This document shows positions 11,808-23,598 of a DNA stretch of 64,000 nucleotides, piece by piece. This DNA is from an uncultured Dictyoglomota bacterium (GTDB lineage Bacteria; Dictyoglomota; Dictyoglomia; Dictyoglomales; Dictyoglomaceae): NCBI GenBank assembly GCA_964654465.1, contig CAZZIO010000040.1, forward strand, positions 160,001 through 224,000, written 5' to 3'. Under the pieces are notes generated by a model. The model saw nothing but the letters and a program-made list of their open reading frames with translations. It did not search any database and was not told the origin of the DNA. Both the position numbers and the translations under genes were made by a program. Each line of letters starts with the position of its first letter. The first letter of the stretch is position 1.

Positions 11808-12935
11808 ATGACCATTGAGATTAAAGAGGTAAAAAGTAAAAAGGATAAAAAAGACTTTATAATGTTTCCATTTAAACTTTATAAGAATGATCCTCTTTGG
11901 GTGCCACCTTTAATCTATGAGATGAAAAGAATTATAGAAAGCCCTGGAAGCTTGTTATTTCAAAGTGGGCCTCATACTTTTTTTAATGCATATAAATCTG
12001 GGGAAATAGTTGGAAGAATTGCGGTAGGTATCGATGAAAAAATGAATAAGTGGAGAAATAAAAAGGAGGGTTATGTTACCCTTTTTGAATGTATAAATGA
12101 TAAAGAAGTAGCCTTTTCTCTATTAAATAAAGCAGAAGAATGGTTAAAAGAAAGAGAAATGGAAGATATGGTTGGTCCTGTATCTCCTACAAATGGAGAT
12201 GATTATAGAGGAATGTTAGTTGAAAATTTTGAGGATCCACCAGTTATATACACAACTTATAATCCCCCATATTATGTAGACTTCTTTGAAAGCTATGGTT
12301 TTGAAAGAGAACATACATTTGTAGCTTATAAATATGATTTAAATAAATTACCCTTAGACGACCATATAAAGGTAATTGAATATGCTAAGAGAAAATATAA
12401 ATTTTACACTAGGCCTGCAGATTATTCAAGAATTCCTGAAGAAGCAAAAACTTTACAAAAAATAATAGAAAGATCGCTTACACCCTTAGAATATGATTAT
12501 CTTATACCTCCTTCTGAAGAAGAGATGTTAATTCTGGCAAAAGATTTAGTAAAATTTATTCCATCAGAATTCGTACAATTAGCATTTTCTAATGAAAACC
12601 CAATTGGTTTTGCTGTTGCAATACCAGATTATAATCAAATATTAAAGAAGCTTAATGGTAGGCTTTTTCCGATTGGGTGGTTAAAATTCCTTATGTATAA
12701 AAATAAAATAAATAAAGCAAGAGTATTCTTACTTTTTGTAATTCCTGAGTACCAATCAAAAGGTGTTCCCGCAGCTCTTTTTATTGAGCTCCTCAGACAT
12801 GCAAGAAAAAGAAGTTATACTTTTGCAGAGGGTTCTACCATAAATACTAATAACACTAAAATGTGCAGAGAGGCAGAAGGTGTTGGTGGAATTTTATATA
12901 AAAAGTTTGTAATATTTAAAAAGAAAATACAGTAA
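11808..12935 (+). CDS. YghO-like GNAT N-acyltransferase
   Basis: Start at ATG 11808 after GGAGG; FP..LY..DP.WVPPL, GRIA, GPVSP, YNPPYY, DYNQILK.LNGRLFP.GW, V.PEYQ.KG. Confidence 0.75.
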   Translation: MTIEIKEVKSKKDKKDFIMFPFKLYKNDPLWVPPLIYEMKRIIESPGSLLFQSGPHTFFNAYKSGEIVGRIAVGIDEKMNKWRNKKEGYVTLFECINDKEVAFSLLNKAEEWLKEREMEDMVGPVSPTNGDDYRGMLVENFEDPPVIYTTYNPPYYVDFFESYGFEREHTFVAYKYDLNKLPLDDHIKVIEYAKRKYKFYTRPADYSRIPEEAKTLQKIIERSLTPLEYDYLIPPSEEEMLILAKDLVKFIPSEFVQLAFSNENPIGFAVAIPDYNQILKKLNGRLFPIGWLKFLMYKNKINKARVFLLFVIPEYQSKGVPAALFIELLRHARKRSYTFAEGSTINTNNTKMCREAEGVGGILYKKFVIFKKKIQ

Positions 12936-12971
12936 AAGGAGGTGAAAAAGAAAAGCTTTTTGATAAGAATA

Positions 12972-12999
12972 TTGACATTATTAAGATTTTTCTTATACT
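12972..12999 (+). promoter_or_regulatory. arsR promoter with overlapping inverted repeat (putative auto-operator)
   Basis: TTGACA (12972-12977), 16 nt, TATACT (12994-12999); TAAGA-N4-TCTTA at 12982-12995. Confidence 0.6.
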
Positions 13000-13039
13000 T
13001 ATATAGAACTTATAAAATTTAAGAAAGGGAGTAATAGAA

Positions 13040-13351
13040 ATGGAAAACAAAAAGAATCTTACTATAGAAGAATGTGAAGCCTTGGCAGATGTATTTAAAT
13101 CTTTATCAAGCCATGTAAGAATTCATATCTTATGTGCGTTAAAAGATGGAGAAAAAAGTGCAGGAGAAATAGCAAAAATTATAAATGCATCCTTCGCTAA
13201 TACATCACAAAATCTTAAAGATCTCTATAACTTAGGTCTTTTAAAGAAAAGACGCGTAGGTCAATTCGTTTATTATTCTTTAGCAGATGACTCAGTATTG
13301 GAACTTTTAAATTTAGTTTATAAACTCAGATTTCGTGCAGTAAAAAGCTAA
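13040..13351 (+). CDS. ArsR/SmtB-family regulator
   Basis: A.VFKSLS...R..IL..L.DGE.S..EI, SQNLK.L...GLL..RR.G..VYY.L. Confidence 0.9.
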   Translation: MENKKNLTIEECEALADVFKSLSSHVRIHILCALKDGEKSAGEIAKIINASFANTSQNLKDLYNLGLLKKRRVGQFVYYSLADDSVLELLNLVYKLRFRAVKS

Positions 13352-13353
13352 AA

Positions 13354-13382
13354 AAGGAGGGGAGAATTTCTCTCCCCTCCTT
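13354..13382. terminator. Intrinsic terminator hairpin between convergent arsR and OM-barrel genes
   Basis: AAGGAGGGGAGA-atttc-TCTCCCCTCCTT perfect 12-bp stem; upstream A-run gives a U-tail on the minus strand. Confidence 0.8.
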
Positions 13383-13395
13383 AAAAATTCATCTC

Positions 13396-14592
13396 TTAGA
13401 ACTTTATAGATCCAGATAAACTAAGGGCTTGTGGCATTGTAAGATCCTGAGGATCAAAGGCAACTCCTAAATCCGCTTGAAGAAGAAGCAAATTCAAACC
13501 GAAACCTGCTGTATAAAGTTGTGGATTAAATTGAGTATCTAAAATAGCTCCTCCTCTTAATATAGCAACCATCATTATAGGCTGTTCAAAACCAATCCTG
13601 TATAATGTAGGAGAAAGATTGCTATCAAGATCTGCTCCAACCGCAATTCTTGTGCTAAGAACTGGTACTTTTACAAATACACCCGCCTTAAGAGACATAG
13701 GTGGAAGGGCTACCTCAATAGGATTAGTAGTTTCAGAATATGGTGTGTATTCGTTATAATTGCCATTACTATCATAATATCCTTCCTCATATCCATTAGT
13801 TTCTTTACCTTCAAGAGGCACACTATATACATCCTTTGCAAAAATTCCAGCCGCTAAGAATGGAGAAAATCTCATATAAGCACCAAGGTCAATAGAAATA
13901 TATTTTTCATCTATAGAATTATATACTTTTTTATGAAAATCATTCTCATTGGGCTGATTTGAATCTTCAGCTAATAATACTCCACTCTGAGTTATTTTTA
14001 CACTTTCATTGTAATGGTAATACATAGTATTATTTAATCTTATATTAGTACCGAGATTTAGTTTCAAGCCTAATAAATCTATGGCAGGTATAGCAATGGT
14101 TAAGGCACCATTAAGATTTGGAGTGGCAGTTACATCAACATTTACATAAGCTTGTAGATCTTGAGAAGGATCATCTGAGGTATATTTGTGGAAATTAAAG
14201 TTCACATCACTATCTCCAAATAGTGTGATTCCTATTTTACTTATACCAAGATGTAGATATCCTGCAAAAGAAAGATAGGTATTAATATCACCATTTGGAG
14301 GTTCTGTATTACTATTTAATGTGTTGTAAAGATCTATAAAAGATTGCACATTAGAAATAGGTGCTAATCCAAGACCTGCTTTAAGAGTTAGCCTTGAATA
14401 TTCACCTATTAGAGCTGGATTATATATGGCAGAGGTTGGCGAATCAGCAAGAGCTGTCATAGCACCTGCCACACCCATAGCCCTTGGATCATAAAGTAGA
14501 TCCTTAAGATTATAACTTGTAGTCACTCCGTAAGATACTGTAAAAAGAAAGATTAGAATCAAAAAGGAGCTCAAAATTAACTTACTTTTCAT
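13396..14592 (-). CDS. Outer-membrane beta-barrel protein (FadL/PorV/TraF-like N-terminal motif)
   Basis: Start at ATG 14592 with signal peptide; PRAMGVAGAMTALAD.PTSAIYNPA motif; alternating beta-strand pattern; C-terminal Phe (SGSIKF). Confidence 0.75.
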   Translation of the reverse strand: MKSKLILSSFLILIFLFTVSYGVTTSYNLKDLLYDPRAMGVAGAMTALADSPTSAIYNPALIGEYSRLTLKAGLGLAPISNVQSFIDLYNTLNSNTEPPNGDINTYLSFAGYLHLGISKIGITLFGDSDVNFNFHKYTSDDPSQDLQAYVNVDVTATPNLNGALTIAIPAIDLLGLKLNLGTNIRLNNTMYYHYNESVKITQSGVLLAEDSNQPNENDFHKKVYNSIDEKYISIDLGAYMRFSPFLAAGIFAKDVYSVPLEGKETNGYEEGYYDSNGNYNEYTPYSETTNPIEVALPPMSLKAGVFVKVPVLSTRIAVGADLDSNLSPTLYRIGFEQPIMMVAILRGGAILDTQFNPQLYTAGFGLNLLLLQADLGVAFDPQDLTMPQALSLSGSIKF

Positions 14593-14742
14593 GTTCCTCT
14601 CACCTCTCTTAAAGATTTCTTTCAACTACATTGTATCACTTAAATAATAACTAATAAAGTGATTAAAATCACACTTTTATATATGGTATAATGGAAATAA
14701 AGATAAATAAAAAAATGTCTATATCTCTGGAGGATAAAAACC

Positions 14743-15144
14743 ATGGAGAGAAAAAGAATATTTACACAAAGAGATGATCCTTTTGGTGGGGAAATATTTA
14801 GAATTGTTGACTGTTTCTATAGAGAAAGTTCTCGATTCTCTATGCAATGGGGAGCATGGGTGCCAAGAGTAGACGTATATGAAACCAATGATAAAGTAGT
14901 AGTCCTAGTAGAGATTGCAGGAGTGAAAATTCAAGACATTGATATTACCTTTCATGAAGGTAAATTAATCCTAAGAGGCACAAGACAGGAAAACTATATA
15001 TCAGAGCCTGAGATATACCACAGAATGGAGATAAACTTCGGACCTTTTGAAAGGGTAATACCTTTACCCGTAGAAGTTGATGCTCAAAATGCTGAGGCAT
15101 CATATAATGATGGGTTTTTGGAGATTGTTCTTCCCAAAAAGTAA
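14743..15144 (+). CDS. Hsp20/alpha-crystallin small heat-shock protein
   Basis: [36 protein letters not shown]. Confidence 0.92.
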   Translation: MERKRIFTQRDDPFGGEIFRIVDCFYRESSRFSMQWGAWVPRVDVYETNDKVVVLVEIAGVKIQDIDITFHEGKLILRGTRQENYISEPEIYHRMEINFGPFERVIPLPVEVDAQNAEASYNDGFLEIVLPKK

Positions 15145-15163
15145 AGAAAGGAGGGATGTAAAA

Positions 15164-17542
15164 ATGGAAGAAAAAGAAATGAACCAAATGCCAGATATCC
15201 CAGAAGAACTACCAATTCTTCCACTAAGAGAAACAGTAGTATATCCTCAAATGCTTATTCCACTTGTTGTGGGAAGAGAAAAGAGCATTAAATTAGTAGA
15301 AGATGCCCTTGCTGGTAATAAAATAATTGGAATGTGCATGCAGAAAACTCCTGTGGAAGAACCAACACCGGATGATATTCATAGGATTGGTACTGTAGGA
15401 ATAATAGTAAGAAGCTTAAGATTTCCTGACAATACTCTTAGACTATTTGTACAGGGATTACAAAGAATAAGAATAATAGAATTTACACAGACAGAACCAT
15501 ATTTTAAAGCTAAGGTAGAGGTAATAGAAGAAAAGGTAGAAAAAACTGTTGAAATAGAAGGATTAATGAGAAATCTTTTAAATCTATTCCAAAAGATGGC
15601 GTCTTTAATACCACAATTTCCAGAAGAACTAATAATTAATGCAATGAATATACAGGAACCAGGTAAATTAGCAGATTTTATAGCCTTTAATACTAATCTA
15701 AATATTAACGAGAAGCAAGAAATATTAGAAACTATTGATATAAAGGAAAGATTACAAAAAGTAACCTATTATCTTACAAGGGAGTTAGAGATCCTTGAGA
15801 TTGCAAATAAAATCCAAAACGAAGTCAAAAATGAAATAGAAAAAAGCCAAAAAGAATATTTCTTAAGACAACAAATGAAAGCAATACAAAAAGAGCTTGG
15901 TGAGATTGATCCTAGAGAGATGGAAATAAATGAATTAAGACAAAAACTTCAAGAAGCAAAACTCCCTCCCGAAGCAATGAAAGAAGCAGAAAGAGAGTTA
16001 GAAAGACTTGCTTTAATGCCACCCGGCTCTGCCGAATATACTGTTACAAGGACCTATTTAGATTGGCTAATTAGCTTGCCATGGGCAAAGTCTACAGAAG
16101 ATAACCTTGATATAAAAAGAGCTGAAGAAATTTTAAACGAAGACCATTATGACTTAGAGAAGGTTAAAGAAAGAATCTTAGAATACTTAGCTGTTAGGAA
16201 GTTAAAAAGTGACATGAAAGGTCCAATATTATGTTTTGTAGGACCCCCAGGTGTTGGTAAGACATCCCTTGGAAAATCCATAGCAAGAGCTCTTGGAAGA
16301 AAGTTTGTAAGAATATCATTGGGTGGTATAAGGGATGAAGCTGAAATAAGAGGACACAGAAGAACCTATGTAGGAGCATTGCCGGGAAGAATTATTCAAG
16401 GAATGAGAAAGGCTGAGTCTAATAACCCTATATTTATGCTTGATGAGATAGACAAATTAGGGGCAGATTTTAGAGGTGATCCAGCAGCAGCATTATTAGA
16501 GGTTCTTGACCCAGAACAAAATAACTCTTTTGTAGACAATTACTTAGGAGTACCTTTTGACCTTTCTAAGGTTATGTTTATAGCAACGGCAAACGTACTA
16601 TACACTATACCTCCAGCTTTACTTGATAGAATGGAAGTACTAGAAATTCCTGGATATACAGAATACCAAAAACTTGGAATAGCAAAAGGTTTCTTAATTC
16701 CAAGACAATTAAAGGAACATGGGTTAGAAAATTACCAAATTGAATTTACTGATGAAGCCATAAAAAAAATTATAAGAGAATATACACGAGAGGCAGGGGT
16801 AAGAAATTTAGAAAGAGAAATTGCTTCTATTATTAGAAAGATTGCAAAAGGTATTGCAGAAGGAAGTATTACTGATAAGGTAATTGTTGATAAGGAAGAT
16901 ATACCTAAATACTTAGGTCCAGAGAAATATACCTTTGGTATGAAAGGAGAAAAGGATGAGGTAGGAGTAGCTACTGGTCTTGCATGGACAGAAGCAGGTG
17001 GTGATATTCTTTTTGTTGAAGCTTTAGTAGTTGAAGGGAAAGGAAATCTTATACTTACTGGTAAACTTGGAGAAGTAATGCAGGAGTCAGCAAAAACAGC
17101 CCTTTCTTATGTGAGATCAAAGTTAAAAGATCTAAATGTAAGTTACGAAATTCTTGAAAAATCAGATATCCATGTACATGTACCATCAGGTGCTATTCCT
17201 AAGGATGGCCCATCAGCGGGTGTAACAATAGCAACAGCTATAGCTTCAGCTCTTACCAAGAGACCTGTCAAAAAAGATATTGGAATGACAGGAGAAATCA
17301 CTTTGCGTGGCAAAGTTCTTCCGGTAGGTGGAATACGAGAAAAGGTTCTTGCAGCTCACAGGGCAGGTCTTACAGCAGTAATAATGCCTAAGGAAAATCA
17401 AAAAGACTTGGAAGAAATACCAGAAGAAGTTAAAAATGAGCTAACTTTTTACTTTGTGGAACATGCTGATGAGGTCTTAAATCTTGCTCTTTTGGGGGTG
17501 AAGGAATATGCTGAGCAAAGAGATCCTGAAAGAACTGGGTAA
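15164..17542 (+). CDS. lon: ATP-dependent Lon protease
   Basis: Start moved to ATG 15164 after [58 protein letters not shown]. Confidence 0.96.
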   Translation: MEEKEMNQMPDIPEELPILPLRETVVYPQMLIPLVVGREKSIKLVEDALAGNKIIGMCMQKTPVEEPTPDDIHRIGTVGIIVRSLRFPDNTLRLFVQGLQRIRIIEFTQTEPYFKAKVEVIEEKVEKTVEIEGLMRNLLNLFQKMASLIPQFPEELIINAMNIQEPGKLADFIAFNTNLNINEKQEILETIDIKERLQKVTYYLTRELEILEIANKIQNEVKNEIEKSQKEYFLRQQMKAIQKELGEIDPREMEINELRQKLQEAKLPPEAMKEAERELERLALMPPGSAEYTVTRTYLDWLISLPWAKSTEDNLDIKRAEEILNEDHYDLEKVKERILEYLAVRKLKSDMKGPILCFVGPPGVGKTSLGKSIARALGRKFVRISLGGIRDEAEIRGHRRTYVGALPGRIIQGMRKAESNNPIFMLDEIDKLGADFRGDPAAALLEVLDPEQNNSFVDNYLGVPFDLSKVMFIATANVLYTIPPALLDRMEVLEIPGYTEYQKLGIAKGFLIPRQLKEHGLENYQIEFTDEAIKKIIREYTREAGVRNLEREIASIIRKIAKGIAEGSITDKVIVDKEDIPKYLGPEKYTFGMKGEKDEVGVATGLAWTEAGGDILFVEALVVEGKGNLILTGKLGEVMQESAKTALSYVRSKLKDLNVSYEILEKSDIHVHVPSGAIPKDGPSAGVTIATAIASALTKRPVKKDIGMTGEITLRGKVLPVGGIREKVLAAHRAGLTAVIMPKENQKDLEEIPEEVKNELTFYFVEHADEVLNLALLGVKEYAEQRDPERTG

Positions 17543-18626
17543 TCTTAATTTTTATCCGTATTTGATAACAACTCTTTACATAAATGTATCCCCCTTGATA
17601 AACCCCAAGGGGGAATATAAGATAATATGGAAAGATTTAAAAAAATCAGTTTTAGATAATCTAAATAATCAAAATTTAGAGGTAGAGATCAAAAAGTCAG
17701 TATTTTCAGATTTAGAAAAAATAGAGACTATCTTAGATCAGGGCTCTTTTGGTTCTGCCAATACCATTATATTAATGAGCTGTAGTGCCAAAGATTGGGA
17801 ATATTATATACCTCTTTATCCTCCCCTTAAGAATAAATTAGTAGTAGATAAAGACCCCTATACAAAACCCCTATCCCATCTTATAGTTGCCAATAGACCT
17901 TATTATTTAGTAATTTTGTCAAAAGGAGATGCCAGAGTTTTCAAATATTTTTTGGGAGAAATTCATGAGGAAGGAGAGATAAGAGAAGAAATACCAAAAA
18001 AACATAAACAAGGAGGATGGGAAGCATCTGATTGGCAAAGATGGCATGAAACACATGTTATATGGTATTTTAAAGAAGTAGCTGAGTTTTTAGACAAAAT
18101 AATAAATACAAATGAAAAGATAATAATAGGAAGTACTTCTCCTAAAAATATCTCTGAATTTCTAGAACTTCTTCCTAAAAGGCTCCATAATTCAATAATT
18201 GGAGAAATATCTTTAGAATTGGACTCTCCAATAAAGGATATTCTTGAGAAGACACATGGACTTATTAAGGACTATGAAGAAAAAGAGGCTAAAGACTTAG
18301 TAGAAAGTCTAATTGTGGCCAATGCAAAAGGAAAGGAAGCAGTCATGGGATTAGAAAATGTTGCCCACGAGGTATATCAGAAGAGAGTACAGAAAATATT
18401 AGTAGAAGAAAATTATGAACAAGAAGGATATGAATGCCCATCATGTTATTTTAGAAGTACTTATTTAGAAACTTGTCCTTATTGTAATATAAAGATGATC
18501 AAAAGATCAGATATAGTAGATGAAATTGTAGAAGATGCAATTATAGAAGGGGCAGAATTAAAATATATTGAAAATAAAGAACTTGCAAAAAAGATAAATA
18601 ACATAGGTGCTTTCTTGAGATATTAA
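17508..18626 (+). CDS. Bacterial aeRF1/pelota-like protein (baeRF family)
   Basis: LV...[12 protein letters not shown]...WQR, C-terminal eRF1 domain 3 with CxxC..CxxC ribbon and IGAFLRY terminus. Confidence 0.82.
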   Translation: MLSKEILKELGNLNFYPYLITTLYINVSPLINPKGEYKIIWKDLKKSVLDNLNNQNLEVEIKKSVFSDLEKIETILDQGSFGSANTIILMSCSAKDWEYYIPLYPPLKNKLVVDKDPYTKPLSHLIVANRPYYLVILSKGDARVFKYFLGEIHEEGEIREEIPKKHKQGGWEASDWQRWHETHVIWYFKEVAEFLDKIINTNEKIIIGSTSPKNISEFLELLPKRLHNSIIGEISLELDSPIKDILEKTHGLIKDYEEKEAKDLVESLIVANAKGKEAVMGLENVAHEVYQKRVQKILVEENYEQEGYECPSCYFRSTYLETCPYCNIKMIKRSDIVDEIVEDAIIEGAELKYIENKELAKKINNIGAFLRY

Positions 18627-18627
18627 A

Positions 18628-18656
18628 AAAGAGGGGAGAAAGATTCTCCCCTCTTT
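18628..18656. terminator. Bidirectional intrinsic terminator between baeRF and gap
   Basis: AAAGAGGGGAGAA-aga-TTCTCCCCTCTTT 13-bp stem flanked by A/T runs. Confidence 0.82.
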
Positions 18657-18681
18657 ATATTATCTTCTTGATTCTTAAATT

Positions 18682-19731
<1,050 letters not shown>

Positions 19732-19788
19732 TCATCCTCTTCATTATACCATTTACTTTTTACAAAAATTGTTAAAATGTTTTTAAAA

Positions 19789-22218
19789 CTAAATATTGAA
19801 ACTTAATATTTTACCAGGAATATAAACTACTTTCTTAATCTCTTTATTATCCAAATACTTTTTAACATTTTCTCTTTGTAATGCTAAATTCATAACTTCT
19901 TCTTGAGTTGCATCAGCACTTACATCTATTCGGTCTCTTACCTTTCCATTAATTTGAATAACTACGGTTACAATTTCCTCCTTTATTAACTCTGGATCAT
20001 AAGAAGGCCAGGGTTGCATATGAATACTATATTCATTTCCTAACTCTTTCCACAGCTCTTCAGTGATATGGGGAACAAAGGGTGAAAGAAGTAACAATGA
20101 AGTCCTTACTGCTTCTTCAAAGGCAGGAGTCCTTCCATAAACCCTCTTGTGCTCTGTGAGAAGATTAGTTAATTCCATAATAGATGCAATAGCAGTATTA
20201 AATTTAAAATTCTCTATATCCTCCGTAACCTTCTTAATAGTCTTATGTAACTTTCTTCTTACAAGCTTTTCTTCCTCATCATCAATTTTTTGTTCATTTG
20301 CACTTTCTAAAACTAATCTCCAAAACCTATTCAAGAACCTATTTGCTCCTTCTACTCCTTCATCGCTCCACTCAATATCCACTTCAGGAGGAGCAACAAA
20401 CAATATAAATAAACGGGCTGTATCAGCACCATAATTCTCCACCATATAATCTACAGAAACAATATTCCCTAAGGATTTAGACATTATCTGTCCATCTTTA
20501 TAAACCATTCCTTGAGTAAAAAGTCTCTTAAATGGTTCTTTTACTGGGCTATATCCTGCATCATAAAGAACCTTCGTTATAAATCGAGAATAAAGTAAAT
20601 GTAATACAGCATGTTCTATACCACCTGTATATTGATCAACAGGCATCCAATACTCTGCCTTTTCTCTTGAGAATGGCTCTTTATCATTGAGTGGGTCAGT
20701 ATAACGAAAATAATACCATGAAGAATCAACAAATGTGGCAAGAGTATCGGTTTCCCTCTTTGCATGACTTCCACATTTTGGACACTTTGTATTTACAAAT
20801 TCAGGAACTTTCGCTAAAGGACTTTCACCCGTTCCTGTGGGCTCAAAATCAGAAAGATCAGGAAGCTCTACTGGCAAATCCTCGTAAGGCACAGGTACTA
20901 TTCCACAATTGGGGCAATAAATAATGGGAATAGGGGCTCCCCAGTATCTTTGACGAGATATTAACCAATCTCTTAATCTATATTGTACTTTTTTCTTTCC
21001 AATCCCTAAATTTTCAAACTTCTCAACAATAATTTTCCAAAATTCTGAACTTTTTAAACCATTGTATTCCTCTGAATTAATCATTATTCCTTCTTCTTCA
21101 TAGGGAAGCGGAGGTTCTTTGCCAATTTCCGGAGTAATTACAGGGATTATTGGAAGATTATATTTTACTGCAAATTCATAATCTCGGGAGTCATGGGCAG
21201 GTACAGCCATTATTGCCCCTGTTCCGTAGGTTGCAAGTACATAATCAGCCACATATATCGGTACAGGTTTTTTATTAAGAGGATGTATTGCATAACTTCC
21301 TGTGAATACTCCAGTTTTATCCTTTTCTGAAACAATCCTTTCTAACTCACTTTTATTTTTAGCAATTTTTACATATTCTCTCACTTCATCTAAATATTCC
21401 TTTTTAGTTATTTTTTCTACCAATGGATGCTCTGGAGCTAGTACTACAAAAGTTACTCCATAGATAGTGTCAGGTCTTGTAGTATAAACATATATCTTCT
21501 CATCAGAATCCTGAATATCAAAGTAGAATTCAAGTCCTTCAGATTTACCTATCCAGTTCTTTTGCATTAGTTTAACTTTCTCTGGCCAATACTCCAGAGT
21601 ATCTAAATCATTCAATAAATCTTCAGCATAAGCAGTAATTTTAAAGAACCATTGTTCAAATTCTCTCTTCTCAACCTCTGATTTACATCTCCAACATTTA
21701 CCATCAATTACTTCCTCATTAGCAAGTACTGTCTTACAAGTAGGGCACCAGTTAGCAGGAGCTTTTTTTCTATATGCAAGTCCTCTTTCATAAAGTTTTA
21801 AAAAGATCCACTGAGTCCACTTATAATAGTCTGGAGCACAAGCTGTAACCTCCCTATCCCAATCATAAACCACACCCATTTTGAAAAGCTGTTCTTTCAT
21901 CCTTGCTATATTTCTATAAGTCCATTCCTTTGGATGTACCTTATGCTTTATAGCTGCATTCTCTGCAGGCTGACCAAAAGCATCCCAACCCATAGGATTT
22001 AAAACATTGTAACCACGCATAGTATAGTATCTTGCTACCACATCACCAATAGTATAATTTCTCATATGTCCCATATGTAGATCTCCAGATGGATACGGGA
22101 ACATAACCAAAGTATAGTACTTTGGTTTATCCTTTCTTTCAGTTACATGATACAATTTGTCCTCTTGCCATTTTCTCTGCCATTTAGGTTCTATTTCCTG
22201 TGGATTATACCTCTTCAT
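19789..22218 (-). CDS. leuS: Leucyl-tRNA synthetase
   Basis: MFPYPSG.LHMGH, TTRPDT editing domain, [28 protein letters not shown]. Confidence 0.96.
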   Translation of the reverse strand: MKRYNPQEIEPKWQRKWQEDKLYHVTERKDKPKYYTLVMFPYPSGDLHMGHMRNYTIGDVVARYYTMRGYNVLNPMGWDAFGQPAENAAIKHKVHPKEWTYRNIARMKEQLFKMGVVYDWDREVTACAPDYYKWTQWIFLKLYERGLAYRKKAPANWCPTCKTVLANEEVIDGKCWRCKSEVEKREFEQWFFKITAYAEDLLNDLDTLEYWPEKVKLMQKNWIGKSEGLEFYFDIQDSDEKIYVYTTRPDTIYGVTFVVLAPEHPLVEKITKKEYLDEVREYVKIAKNKSELERIVSEKDKTGVFTGSYAIHPLNKKPVPIYVADYVLATYGTGAIMAVPAHDSRDYEFAVKYNLPIIPVITPEIGKEPPLPYEEEGIMINSEEYNGLKSSEFWKIIVEKFENLGIGKKKVQYRLRDWLISRQRYWGAPIPIIYCPNCGIVPVPYEDLPVELPDLSDFEPTGTGESPLAKVPEFVNTKCPKCGSHAKRETDTLATFVDSSWYYFRYTDPLNDKEPFSREKAEYWMPVDQYTGGIEHAVLHLLYSRFITKVLYDAGYSPVKEPFKRLFTQGMVYKDGQIMSKSLGNIVSVDYMVENYGADTARLFILFVAPPEVDIEWSDEGVEGANRFLNRFWRLVLESANEQKIDDEEEKLVRRKLHKTIKKVTEDIENFKFNTAIASIMELTNLLTEHKRVYGRTPAFEEAVRTSLLLLSPFVPHITEELWKELGNEYSIHMQPWPSYDPELIKEEIVTVVIQINGKVRDRIDVSADATQEEVMNLALQRENVKKYLDNKEIKKVVYIPGKILSFNI

Positions 22219-22308
22219 TTTTTAAATCCCTCTCTCCTTTTACAAATTTTTCTTTATCTCCAATTATATAAAAGTAAATCTTTGAGGACAATAATTAAAC
22301 TAATAAAA

Positions 22309-23598
22309 TTAGGAAGACTTCCTTCTTAGAAATCCTATCTTCATTGTTAAAATTCTATCAGTAGAAAATATTTTTGCTGCAATTACTATAAGGGCTATAA
22401 AAACAACTACCATATATAATATCCCAAAAAATACAATATTATAATTTCCAAGTAAAATTTCCCTTGATGCAATAAAAGGATGACTAAAAGGTATAGCCAT
22501 TATAATAAGCCTTACTGGCAAAGAAAGATTATTGATATCAGAAAAGAGAGAAACAAAATAAGGTACAATAACCAAAAAAACTAAAGGTAAAGACATACTT
22601 TGAGCACTTTTTAAATCTTCAGCTAAAACCCCTAAAATGGTAGACAAGGCTAAGCCACAAAGAATTGCTAAAAACAATGAAATTCCAAACAAGGTATAAC
22701 CGTAAGGTGTAAAGCTCACACCTAATTTTTGAATAATATCAGATGTACTACTTACATCCACATTTCCACTTATTCCACCCATAAAAGATCTATATCCATA
22801 CATATAAATTAAAGATGAAATTATTCCAACTATACCAGCTCCCATCATTTTAGCAATCACTATATGTTTTCTACCTATAGGTACTGTAAGGAGAGTCTCA
22901 AGGGTTTTATCCTGCTTCTCCATAGCTATAGCAGAAAGAACCATCTGGGATGTATACATGATTACTATCATTAGAATAATAGGAATAAATATTGATTGAG
23001 AATAAACTGAGTTAAGAACTTCTGATGTAGTACCTTCTGCAATCCTGTCTTTAACAATAACAAACTCTTTTTTCTTTATAGGGTTTTTCAAATTATCAGG
23101 ATCTATCCCTGGAAATTTAGCTCTAATAAATTGGTCAGACATATACCTATTCATTGCGTTAATAACCTGATCCAAAACGGCAGATCCCACATTACTGCCC
23201 AATGAGAAACTCCTTATGAAAGAATATATCTCAATCTCTACTGGTTTAAATCTGGACACTAATGATCCAAAATTCTCAGGAATCAAAATAAAAAAATTTA
23301 TTTTTTCTCTTCTTGCAAAATCAAAAGCTAAATCTTTATCTTCCTTTGAAAGAACTTCATTTAATAACTTAACCTTGAAATTTGCCAAAGAAAGATTACT
23401 CAAAAGTTCCCTTGATATTTCTGATTTATCAAGATCCAATACATAAATGTTTCTTGTCTCAACAGCCTTCTTAATTTCACTTTTTGTAATACTACCCATA
23501 AAATTAAAAAGTAATATTGTAAATATAAGAGATATTATTAATTGAAAAGTTACAAGTTCCTTTATTTCCTTTCTCAAAAGATTTAAAAATTTATTCAT
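22309..23598 (-). CDS. ABC-2 exporter permease (NatB-like)
   Basis: KE.KEL N-terminus, extracytoplasmic loop, EKQDKTLETLLT.PI.R..I..AK, multiple TM helices. Confidence 0.85.
   Translation of the reverse strand: MNKFLNLLRKEIKELVTFQLIISLIFTILLFNFMGSITKSEIKKAVETRNIYVLDLDKSEISRELLSNLSLANFKVKLLNEVLSKEDKDLAFDFARREKINFFILIPENFGSLVSRFKPVEIEIYSFIRSFSLGSNVGSAVLDQVINAMNRYMSDQFIRAKFPGIDPDNLKNPIKKKEFVIVKDRIAEGTTSEVLNSVYSQSIFIPIILMIVIMYTSQMVLSAIAMEKQDKTLETLLTVPIGRKHIVIAKMMGAGIVGIISSLIYMYGYRSFMGGISGNVDVSSTSDIIQKLGVSFTPYGYTLFGISLFLAILCGLALSTILGVLAEDLKSAQSMSLPLVFLVIVPYFVSLFSDINNLSLPVRLIIMAIPFSHPFIASREILLGNYNIVFFGILYMVVVFIALIVIAAKIFSTDRILTMKIGFLRRKSS

Noticed and set aside
13354-18656. Two hairpins sharing GAGGGGAGA...TCTCCCCTC as a possible REP/MITE family
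   Set aside because: Only two short copies, both between convergent genes, with different loops and no target duplications; explained as intrinsic terminators
22219-22308. T-box riboswitch upstream of leuS
   Set aside because: Intergenic region is only 90 nt, with no T-box consensus or terminator
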